Sequence record: DRR723986_6202 | Direction: 5' to 3' (one strand) | Length of the DNA stretch: 57,027 nucleotides | In this document: piece by piece, positions 49,364 through 57,027 of the stretch | How the letters are laid out: every line of letters starts with the position of its first letter | How positions within the stretch are numbered: position 1 is the stretch's first letter | Notes under the pieces: model-generated | Told to the model about the DNA's origin: nothing | Databases searched by the model: none | Seen by the model: the letters and a program-made list of their open reading frames with translations, nothing else | Translations under genes and position numbers: made by a program

Positions 49364-50362
49364 TCAGGAAAAACGGAATTCCGTAACATGAGTATAAGTC
49401 TCTGAGGGCTGTAACAAAACCGGTGTGAACCCGTCGTGATTGACGCTGTCCGGCCATCGCTGCGCTTCAAGGCACAGCCCGGCATGGGCCCCATAGTGCC
49501 TGCCGTCCAGCCCGGGAACCGTCACCGAGATCCGCTGCGCATCATAAAGCTGCAGGCCGGGTTCGCTCGTCCAGACTTCCATGCGGCGATTGCCGGAACT
49601 GTCTTCAAGGGCAGCAGCGAATTCCACGCCCTCGCGTGGTGCATCCGCAAGGCAGAAGTTGTGATCGAAGACCACGTTCTCCTCACCCGCCTTGCGCCGC
49701 AGTTTGCGCCCGTCGCGGAAGTCGTATGGCGTCCAGGCCACGTTGCGGATCTCGCCGGTCGGGATCAGCGCCTCGTCCACGGGCAGATAGGTCTCCGCAG
49801 CGATTTCCAGCGTATGGTCCAGAATATTGCTGCTGCCATCCAGATTGAAATAGGCGTGCTGGGTGAGATTGACCGGCGTCGTCTTGTCGGTGGTTGCGGT
49901 GATTTTCAGACGCAGCGCACCGGTGCCGGTCAACGTATAGCGGGCAAGCACTTCCACCCGGCCCGGATACCCCATGTCGCCGTCTTCGGAGACAAGCTTC
50001 AGAAGGACACTGGCCTTGTCGTGCTGCTCTATCTGCCAGACCCTGCTGGAGAAGCCGAGCGAGCCACCGTGAAGGTGGTTGATACCCCGTTCGTTCTGGT
50101 CGAGTTGATAGGTGACCCCGTCTATCGTCATCCGGCCACCGCCGATCCGGTTGGCGCAGCGCCCGGCAATCACGCCAAAATAGGGCGAATGATCCAGATA
50201 GCTCTGGAGATCGTCAAAGCCCAGCACCACCGTCTCACCATCGACCTTGAGGTCGCGGATGATGCCTCCCAGGGTGAGGATGGAGGCAGCCAGAGACCCT
50301 TTCGCCAGCGTAATTTCCTGGACAACGGTCCCGTCTGGCAGAACCCCAAATTCCTTGATCAT
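49364..50362 (-). CDS. galM: Galactose mutarotase / aldose 1-epimerase
   Basis: GRCANRI, HLHGG, GYPG, NLTQHAYFNL, FDHNF, CLEAQ.WPD. Confidence 0.9.
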   Translation of the reverse strand: MIKEFGVLPDGTVVQEITLAKGSLAASILTLGGIIRDLKVDGETVVLGFDDLQSYLDHSPYFGVIAGRCANRIGGGRMTIDGVTYQLDQNERGINHLHGGSLGFSSRVWQIEQHDKASVLLKLVSEDGDMGYPGRVEVLARYTLTGTGALRLKITATTDKTTPVNLTQHAYFNLDGSSNILDHTLEIAAETYLPVDEALIPTGEIRNVAWTPYDFRDGRKLRRKAGEENVVFDHNFCLADAPREGVEFAAALEDSSGNRRMEVWTSEPGLQLYDAQRISVTVPGLDGRHYGAHAGLCLEAQRWPDSVNHDGFTPVLLQPSETYTHVTEFRFS

Positions 50363-50395
50363 GAAAGTCTCCGGCGAGAAGGCGGCAGGATGCGC

Positions 50396-50424
50396 AAAAG
50401 GCGGCGGAACTATCCGCCGCCTTT
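50396..50424 (-). terminator. Terminator after the PMM/PGM gene
   Basis: AAAGGCGGCGGA-acta-TCCGCCGCCTTT. Confidence 0.7.
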
Positions 50425-50442
50425 CGTCAATCGGTCAAGTGG

Positions 50443-51942
50443 TCAGAGCGTCTGGTTGTAGTCGCCCACTTCCGAGTTTTCGCGCAGAACGCCGTCGACA
50501 GCCTTGAACATGGCGTGGAGCCGGTCTTCCGAAACCGGGCTCTCGACCACGACCACCAGCTCCGGCTTGTTGGAGGAGGCACGCACAAGACCCCAGGTTC
50601 CGTCTTCACTGACGACGCGAACGCCGTTGACGGTGATCAGGTCGGTGATCGACTGTCCGGCAACCGTTTCGCCCTTGGCTTTCATATCCTGGAAACGGGC
50701 GACAACCCGGTCGACGACGTCGTACTTGATTTCGTCGTCGCACTTGGGAGCCATGGTTGGCGACCCCCAGGTCTTGGGAAGATCCCGGCGCAGGTCTGCC
50801 ATCGTCTTGTCCGGGTTACGATCAAGCATGTCGAGGATGGCAATGGCCGAAACGAGCCCGTCATCATAACCGCGGCCAATCGGCTTGTTGAAGAAATAGT
50901 GGCCGGATTTCTCGAACCCGACCATGGCATTCAGTTCGGTGACACGGCGCTTGATATAGGAGTGACCGGTCTTGAAATAGTCGGTCTTGGCGCCGTTGGC
51001 CTTCAGCACCGGATCCGTGTGGAACAGGCCGGTGGATTTCACATCGACCACGAACTGGGCACCGGGATGAAGCGCGGAGATATCGCGCGCAAGCATCACG
51101 CCGACCTTGTCGGCGAAGATTTCCTCGCCTTCGTTGTCGACGACACCGCAGCGATCGCCGTCGCCATCGAAACCCAGTCCGACTTCCGCACCGACTTCCA
51201 GAACCTTGTCACGAAGCGCGTGGAGCATCTTCATGTCTTCCGGGTTCGGGTTATAGCGCGGGAAGGTGTGATCCAGCTCGGCATCAAGCGGAATGACTTC
51301 GGCGCCGATCGCCTCCAGGATCTTCGGCGCGAAGGCGCCGGCAGTGCCGTTGCCGCATGCCGCGACCACCTTAATCGGGCGCTTCAGCTTGGCCCGGTCG
51401 GTGAGATCCTTGAAATAGACATCCGGGAAACCGTCGACGAAGCGGTAGCTGCCGCCGCCCTTCAGGTCGAAGGCCGCTTCCAGAACGATGTCCTTCAGCC
51501 GGCCCATTTCATCGGGACCAAAGGTCAGCGGGCGGTCGATACCCATCTTGACGCCGGTCCAGCCGTTGTCGTTGTGCGACGCCGTGATCATGGCGACCGC
51601 CGGAACATCGAGCGCGAACTGTGCGAAATAGGCCATTGGTGACAAGGCCAGGCCAATGTCGTGCACGTTGATGCCGGCTGCCAGAAGGCCGTTGATCACC
51701 GCCATCTTGATGGAGGAGGAATAACCCCGGAAATCATGCCCCACCACGATGTCCGGGCGCACGCCACGTTCGTGAATGAGCGTGCCGATGCCCATACCGA
51801 GCGCCTGCATGCCCATCAGATTGATTTCCTTTTCGAAAAGCCAACGCGCATCGTATTCGCGGAAACCCGTGGGCTTCACCATTGGAAAGGATTCATATTC
51901 AAAAGTGTTCGGAACCAATTTCGGACGCGGTTTCGGAAACAT
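50443..51942 (-). CDS. Phosphomannomutase/phosphoglucomutase
   Basis: FREYDAR, TASHN, FDGDGDR, FEKSGH, VRASS. Confidence 0.94.
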   Translation of the reverse strand: MFPKPRPKLVPNTFEYESFPMVKPTGFREYDARWLFEKEINLMGMQALGMGIGTLIHERGVRPDIVVGHDFRGYSSSIKMAVINGLLAAGINVHDIGLALSPMAYFAQFALDVPAVAMITASHNDNGWTGVKMGIDRPLTFGPDEMGRLKDIVLEAAFDLKGGGSYRFVDGFPDVYFKDLTDRAKLKRPIKVVAACGNGTAGAFAPKILEAIGAEVIPLDAELDHTFPRYNPNPEDMKMLHALRDKVLEVGAEVGLGFDGDGDRCGVVDNEGEEIFADKVGVMLARDISALHPGAQFVVDVKSTGLFHTDPVLKANGAKTDYFKTGHSYIKRRVTELNAMVGFEKSGHYFFNKPIGRGYDDGLVSAIAILDMLDRNPDKTMADLRRDLPKTWGSPTMAPKCDDEIKYDVVDRVVARFQDMKAKGETVAGQSITDLITVNGVRVVSEDGTWGLVRASSNKPELVVVVESPVSEDRLHAMFKAVDGVLRENSEVGDYNQTL

Positions 51943-52006
51943 CAATGCCTCTCAAAGCAAGGAAGAAGAACGGAACTGGGTAATTACCTAAACACGGTAT
52001 GACAAT

Positions 52007-52513
52007 TCACTGCACCAGTACAAGCGTGCCATCGGAGATGTCAAACCGCTTCATTTGGTTGAGAACGGACATGCCGAGCAGGGGTTCCCCGAGGCTTTGA
52101 TCTTTCAACACAAGTGTGTCGACATTGCGTAGCCGGATCTTTCCAATGCGCAAATTGTCAATGGTCGCCCTGGCGCCACGAACTGTGCCATTTGCCGTCT
52201 GGATCGCGTACTTGTAGTCGGCCGAATTCAGGAAGATTCCGATGCTCTCGGCAAGCGATTCCGGCAAAACGGTGACGGTTGCACCGGTGTCGACCAGCAT
52301 GTCCACCGCACGGCCGTTCAGATAGGCATCTGCCACGAAATGCCCCTGCCTGTTGGCCGATATTCGGTGGCTTCGTTCACCGGCCTCGTCCACGTCCTGA
52401 TCTTCGGCAACCGGGTCGCTGCTCACCAGCACTTCAAGCCTGTTTTCCAGCAGATACGCCGCAAGCGGGACGATTGCCATGCAGGCCAGAAAGATGATGA
52501 CAAAGCGCGACAT
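52007..52513 (-). CDS. TIGR02281-family clan AA aspartic protease
   Basis: N-terminal TM; GHF, LVDTGAT, TANG, LLGMS. Confidence 0.9.
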   Translation of the reverse strand: MSRFVIIFLACMAIVPLAAYLLENRLEVLVSSDPVAEDQDVDEAGERSHRISANRQGHFVADAYLNGRAVDMLVDTGATVTVLPESLAESIGIFLNSADYKYAIQTANGTVRGARATIDNLRIGKIRLRNVDTLVLKDQSLGEPLLGMSVLNQMKRFDISDGTLVLVQ

Positions 52514-52579
52514 GCAGGGTCTCGACGTTGCGTGAGCCCCCTGATTATCACGGTTTCCTTAGCGGCCTGTAAAACAGCA

Positions 52580-53479
52580 TCAGGCAATCGTGTCGGCCAG
52601 CCGGGCAATATCCTCCAGATGCGGTGCACTGGACTGGGCCCCTGTCACGGTGCAGGCAAGCGCACCGGCGGCGGCACCTTCCTTCAAGGCACGTTCGAAG
52701 GACGTCTTGCGATCGAGAGCGGCAGCCAGAGCGCCGCAAAAGGCATCGCCCGCACCGGTCGTATCCACCGCGTTGACGGCAGGAGAAGCGAAGCGATAGC
52801 GCGCGGTTGGCGTGCGTGCGAGAACACCGTCTGCACCAAGGGTGACGATGACGTTCCGGCCACCTTCCGCCAGCTTCAGCGCGAATGTTTCCGTGTCACC
52901 GGCAATGCCGAGACGACCTCCGATCTCTGCCGCCTCGCTCACATTGACCACAACCGTACCGGCAACATCCAGACAGGCACTCAGGTCGCCCTCAGGCACA
53001 GGAGCCGGGTTCCAGATGACCGTGCCTGCCGCATCCCGGGCAAGCCTGGCACCTTTGATCACCTCAAGCAGAGGCACCTCTCCCTGAACCAGCAGTGTCT
53101 GACCGGGCCCAAAACCGCCTTCCAGCCAGGAGGCTTCGACACGTGCATTGGTGCCGCTGGCGACGATAATCTGGTTTTCCCCTGCGGGATCGATGCCGAT
53201 CAGGGCAAGGCCGGTCGACCCGGCCATGGTGCGAACGCCCGAAAGATCGACGCCGGCTTCGCGCAGATTAAGCAGCGCGAGTTCGGCAAAGCTGTCCTGT
53301 CCGACCGCGCCGATGAAACGAACGTCGGCCCCTGCCCGCCTGGCAGCCAGCGCCTGGTTGGCGCCTTTCCCACCTGGAAATGTCTGGTGATCGCGACCGC
53401 TCACCGTTTCGCCGGCAGTCGGCAAGCGGGGCACGGCAACGACCAGATCCAGATTGATGGAACCAAAGACCGTAATCAT
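52580..53479 (-). CDS. rbsK: Ribokinase (PfkB family)
   Basis: GSINLD, PGGKGANQA, GENQI, NPAP, DTTGAGDAF. Confidence 0.88.
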   Translation of the reverse strand: MITVFGSINLDLVVAVPRLPTAGETVSGRDHQTFPGGKGANQALAARRAGADVRFIGAVGQDSFAELALLNLREAGVDLSGVRTMAGSTGLALIGIDPAGENQIIVASGTNARVEASWLEGGFGPGQTLLVQGEVPLLEVIKGARLARDAAGTVIWNPAPVPEGDLSACLDVAGTVVVNVSEAAEIGGRLGIAGDTETFALKLAEGGRNVIVTLGADGVLARTPTARYRFASPAVNAVDTTGAGDAFCGALAAALDRKTSFERALKEGAAAGALACTVTGAQSSAPHLEDIARLADTIA

Positions 53480-53530
53480 GTCGCCTCCCTTTTTTTACAA
53501 AAGGTTAGACACCGCACGCCCAAGCGCAAC

Positions 53531-53561
53531 AAAAAAGCGCGGAAGTTTCCCTCCGCGCTTT
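53531..53561 (-). terminator. Terminator after upp
   Basis: Minus strand AAAGCGCGGA-gggaaact-TCCGCGCTTTTTT. Confidence 0.75.
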
Positions 53562-53584
53562 CAGCCGTCTGTTCTGTCGGCCGG

Positions 53585-54214
53585 TTACTTCGTGCCGTAC
53601 ATACGGTCGCCGGCATCGCCAAGACCCGGGACGATATAGCCCTTCTCGTTCAGCTTCTCGTCGATGGAAGCAGTGTAGACCGGTACGTCCGGGTGGTTCT
53701 CCGTGAAATTCTTGACGCCCTCAGGTGCTGCGAGCAGGCAGAGGAAGCGGATGTTGTTGGCTCCGCGCTCCTTGAGCTTCTGAACTGCTGCAATCGCCGA
53801 GTTGGCGGTAGCCAGCATCGGATCGACCACGATCACCAGACGCTCGTTCAGGTCTTCCGGAGCCTTGAAGTAATACTCCACCGGCTGCAGCGTCTGCGGA
53901 TCGCGGTAAAGCCCGATGTGCGCCACGCGCGCCGACGGAACCAGATCCAGCATGCCTTCCAGAAGTCCGTTGCCCGCACGCAGAACGGAAGCGAATACCA
54001 GCTTCTTGCCGGCCAGGGTCGGCGCCTGCATTTCGGCAAGCGGCGTCTCGATGGTCTGGTAGACGAGCGGCAGGTCGCGGGTGACCTCATAGCAGAGCAG
54101 CGTGGAGATTTCCCGCAGCAAGCGCCGGAACCCCTGGGTGGACGTTCCCTTGTCGCGCATGATGCTCAGTTTGTGCTGAACCAGCGGGTGGCTGATGACA
54201 GTGGCTCCGGACAT
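53585..54214 (-). CDS. upp: Uracil phosphoribosyltransferase
   Basis: [39 protein letters not shown] 54214. Confidence 0.97.
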   Translation of the reverse strand: MSGATVISHPLVQHKLSIMRDKGTSTQGFRRLLREISTLLCYEVTRDLPLVYQTIETPLAEMQAPTLAGKKLVFASVLRAGNGLLEGMLDLVPSARVAHIGLYRDPQTLQPVEYYFKAPEDLNERLVIVVDPMLATANSAIAAVQKLKERGANNIRFLCLLAAPEGVKNFTENHPDVPVYTASIDEKLNEKGYIVPGLGDAGDRMYGTK

Positions 54215-54279
54215 ATCTGCCTCTCTTCTCAATGGGGCCATAACACCGGCCCGGTCTCATGATTTTTTATGTTCGGGAC

Positions 54280-55521
54280 CTATGCCCCGAACGGCAACCA
54301 AAAAACAGACCCCGGGTTCATGAAGTGCCCGAGTTTTTTCGCTTCCTGCGGGTGTCCTTGCAAATAAATGCCGCCAGCCCGGCTGGTTCCACCTTCCAGG
54401 ATGCAGGTGAGCGGCAATTGATCCTGATGAACCTTGAGCTCGTGCCGCAGTAGTTCGGCCAGCCTGTCGGTGAGCGCAAGCGCCACAGCCCGGATTTCGA
54501 CCATCCGGTCGCGTTCGGCCTCTGCTGACAGCACCGTGTCCGGTTCAACAATTTTCAGGACACCGGCGTCGATAAACAGGGCCGCGTGGACAGGATCGGC
54601 CGGCGGCGTCAGTGCCTCCAGTCCGGAGACTTCAAACCCGGCCCAGGCAAGAGGTTCGATCAGTGAATAGACCATCTCCTGGGCAGCCAGATGGAACGGC
54701 ACAACAGTTCTCTCGGAAACCGCACCCCACTGGTAATGCTCGAAGCTGTCGCCATAAACCATGCTTCCTTCGCTGGCACCGCCGTCCCAGAGCGGACACA
54801 GGGACTCCAGCAACCGGTCGAGCAGATCCCTTGCCGAAACCACACCATCGCTTTCCTTTGCCATCCGAACTGCAAGACGGCCGGGACGGGTCTCGTCCCC
54901 TTCCCCGAAAAGGTCCGGCCGCAGGGCAAGCGCTTCACCGAAGCGTTTCAGATGGCGCTGCATCGCCTCGAGCAGGTCGTCATCTTCCCTTGCGTCCCAC
55001 TGCAGGCCTTCTGCGAGTTCCATCCGGTCCATCTGCACGAGCGTCTGCGCATCGACTCGGTAGGGATCGGTCATTTCACCGGAAAAGGAACCTGCCGCGA
55101 ACATGTGAAAGGCGGCCAGTGCCGAAGCCTCCTGACCGGTCGCCTTGGTGTCCGTCATCCTGTCCTCGAAAACCCAGCCCTCGGGGTGACGGGTTTTCAT
55201 GTAGGTACCCAGGATGGCAAGGTCGGCTGCAGCGGCAAGCATTTCTTCGGCGGTTTCAAACCCGCGCGCATTTGCCAGCGCACCCCAGCGGTCGATGCCG
55301 CCGGCCTCGTAATTCCGCCAGATGCCGTAGGGTGGAATGTGAAAATCCGGATAATTTTCCCGAGTTGTTTCAAGCACCTTGGCCAGGGCTGTTTCGAGCA
55401 GGTCCGGAACCGCTTCGACATGGGCGAGTTTGCCATCTGTGGCGAGCTTCAAAAGCTCATAGGCTTTTTCCCGAACATGTTGCGGCCGGAACAGGGACAA
55501 GGCTGGTTGGGTATCGGTCAT
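54280..55521 (-). CDS. Divergent DUF1688 (URC4/Urg3-like) protein
   Basis: Collinear blocks VRE...TRENYPD..IP, GGIDRW, FDL-like DLAI, RPG, PFH...YSLIEPL, VE.RA, ILEGGT, GSVF; sits directly upstream of upp; ATG 55521. Confidence 0.8.
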   Translation of the reverse strand: MTDTQPALSLFRPQHVREKAYELLKLATDGKLAHVEAVPDLLETALAKVLETTRENYPDFHIPPYGIWRNYEAGGIDRWGALANARGFETAEEMLAAAADLAILGTYMKTRHPEGWVFEDRMTDTKATGQEASALAAFHMFAAGSFSGEMTDPYRVDAQTLVQMDRMELAEGLQWDAREDDDLLEAMQRHLKRFGEALALRPDLFGEGDETRPGRLAVRMAKESDGVVSARDLLDRLLESLCPLWDGGASEGSMVYGDSFEHYQWGAVSERTVVPFHLAAQEMVYSLIEPLAWAGFEVSGLEALTPPADPVHAALFIDAGVLKIVEPDTVLSAEAERDRMVEIRAVALALTDRLAELLRHELKVHQDQLPLTCILEGGTSRAGGIYLQGHPQEAKKLGHFMNPGSVFWLPFGA

Positions 55522-55567
55522 GGAGATCGCCGGATCTGGAAAGGATTGTGTGAAAAGACGCTGCCCT

Positions 55568-55596
55568 CGCCTATCTGCCCACCATAACCTTGTCAA
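55568..55596 (-). promoter_or_regulatory. Sigma70-like promoter for the DUF1688 gene
   Basis: TTGACA-N17-TAGGCG on the minus strand. Confidence 0.5.
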
Positions 55597-55668
55597 ACCG
55601 GTTCGTCATTGGTCATCATCTGTTTGATTTGAACCCAAGCCTTTCAACCACCCCACACCGGAAGTTTC

Positions 55669-56925
55669 ATGTCTGCCGTTGTCTCAATCGCCGCCCTTCT
55701 CGTCGGATCTGGACTGCTTTTGCTCGCCGGCGGCCTTCACGGCCTCCTGTTGCCGCTCGCCGGTCTCGCCAACGGCTTTTCCGATGCCTCGCTCGGTCTG
55801 CTCGGCACCGGCTGGGCAGTCGGATATGTCAGCGGCTGTCTGGCCGTGCCGGTCATCGTGAAGCGTGTGGGCCATGTGCGGGCCTTCGGTGCGCTTGCCT
55901 CGCTGGCGGGCATCTCGGTTCTCCTGAACCTCCTGTTCATGGATGCCGCTGTCTGGATCGTGTTGCGGGCAATCACCGGCTTCTGCTTTTCCGGCGCTGC
56001 CATGATCGTGGAAAGCTGGCTGAACGAACGTTCGACCAGCGAAACGCGCGGGCGGATCTTCGGCATCTACACGATGATCAACCTGGGGGCGACGACCGCC
56101 GGACAGATGTTGCTGACGCTTGGCGATCCGACCGGCTTCTTCTTCTTCGTTCTCGGTTCGATCATCTACTCGCTATCACTGCTGCCGACAGCGCTGTCCA
56201 CCGCCGCATCGCCCCAGCCCCTGACACAGGCGCGGCTGGACCCGAAAAAACTCTGGCGCAATTCACCGATCGCAGTCGTAGCGGTTTTCATGGTCGGCAT
56301 TTCAAACGGGTCCTTCGGCACCTTGGGTGCGGTTTATGGACTTCGCATCGGACTGGACGTACCGGAGATTGCCATCATGATGAGTTTGGCGCTTTTGGCC
56401 GGCGCAGTGGTGCAGATCCCGGTCGGCATGCTGTCCGACAGGCTCGACCGGCGCCTCGTGCTGGTCGGTCTCGCCGTAACCGCCATGAGTTTCGGGTCCA
56501 GCCTGTCGTTCTTCGGCGGCACCGATCCGACCCTCACGGTTCTTCTGATCGCAGGTTTCGGCGGCGTGGTCTATTCCATGTATCCGGTGATAGTCGCCCA
56601 CGCGAGCGACCACGCAGAGCCGGGTGACTTTCTCAGGATTAGCGGCGGTCTTCTGCTTATCTTCGGGGCTGGTACAATGCTTGGACCGTTGCTCGCCTCG
56701 GGCTTGATGACCTTCACTTATCCGGGCGCACTCTTCCAGGTGACGGCGGCAGCGCATCTTTCCATGATGCTCTTTGCCCTCTGGCGCATGCGTCAGCGTG
56801 CTTCGCTGCCACAGGAAGACAAGTCCGATTTCGTGATGGCAGTCTCGACCGCGCAGATTACGACCCCGGAAACGGTAAGCCTCGATCCGCGCACGGAAGT
56901 GGACGAGACCGGCGGGGAAATCTGA
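55669..56925 (+). CDS. MFS transporter (YcaD-like)
   Basis: 12 TMs; RVGHVRAF, IVESWLN, RGRIFGIY, GMLSDRLDRR. Confidence 0.9.
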   Translation: MSAVVSIAALLVGSGLLLLAGGLHGLLLPLAGLANGFSDASLGLLGTGWAVGYVSGCLAVPVIVKRVGHVRAFGALASLAGISVLLNLLFMDAAVWIVLRAITGFCFSGAAMIVESWLNERSTSETRGRIFGIYTMINLGATTAGQMLLTLGDPTGFFFFVLGSIIYSLSLLPTALSTAASPQPLTQARLDPKKLWRNSPIAVVAVFMVGISNGSFGTLGAVYGLRIGLDVPEIAIMMSLALLAGAVVQIPVGMLSDRLDRRLVLVGLAVTAMSFGSSLSFFGGTDPTLTVLLIAGFGGVVYSMYPVIVAHASDHAEPGDFLRISGGLLLIFGAGTMLGPLLASGLMTFTYPGALFQVTAAAHLSMMLFALWRMRQRASLPQEDKSDFVMAVSTAQITTPETVSLDPRTEVDETGGEI

Positions 56926-56968
56926 GGGGGCTTGACGCCATTACCTTCGGCATTCATCGCCCTTCTCC

Positions 56969-57013
56969 CCTCATTATGAGGAGCCGCTTCAGCGGCATCT
57001 CGAAGGATGGGCC
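56969..57013. repeat. Further arm of the REP/RIME-like repeat seen at 21733-21854
   Basis: CCTCATTATGAGGAGCCG...GGCATCTCGAAGGATGGGCC matches CTCATCCTGAGGAG...GTCTCGAAGGATGGGCC. Confidence 0.7.
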
Positions 57014-57027
57014 GCTTGTTCCGGAGT

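Noticed and set aside
52007-52513. Aspartic protease as a PerP-like pilus regulator linked to the tad locus
   Set aside because: It is about 8 kb from the locus among metabolic genes; only family-level similarity, and orthology cannot be shown from the sequence alone.

Overview
High-GC alphaproteobacterial chromosome segment. Gene content and repeats suggest Hyphomicrobiales/Stappiaceae (Roseibium/Labrenzia-like), but this is inferred, not searched. About 50 intact CDSs. I saw no rRNA, tRNA, CRISPR array, transposase, integrase or prophage gene. Left to right: (1) GbsR/MarR regulator, DUF4166 protein and a membrane-domain-fused TIGR01777 oxidoreductase, with a shared ATTTCT-N8-AGAAAT operator candidate; (2) SDR plus MerR cassette with a duplicated promoter/operator; (3) araFGH, aldose epimerase and sugar SDR, divergent from a FadR regulator and dgoD; (4) CHASE-PAS-GGDEF-EAL protein, EamA transporter, dapD, dapE, MscS, DUF2189; (5) def-marC-fmt-GNAT-truA divergent from rmuC; (6) M17 aminopeptidase, MarR, NlpC/P60; (7) a Tad/Cpa pilus locus with CtrA-like boxes; (8) MaoC-pta and ackA, an orphan PhnD-like protein, HAD phosphatase, acetylpolyamine deacetylase, galM, PMM/PGM, aspartic protease, rbsK, upp, a motif-degenerate DUF1688/URC4-like protein and an MFS transporter. 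Best leads: the apparent URC4 pseudoenzyme upstream of upp without URC1, the GbsR module whose operator is centred on its own apparently leaderless start codon, the twin MerR promoters with 21-bp spacers, and the orphan PhnD with an altered ligand site. All family calls come from motif recognition only; no database search was run.
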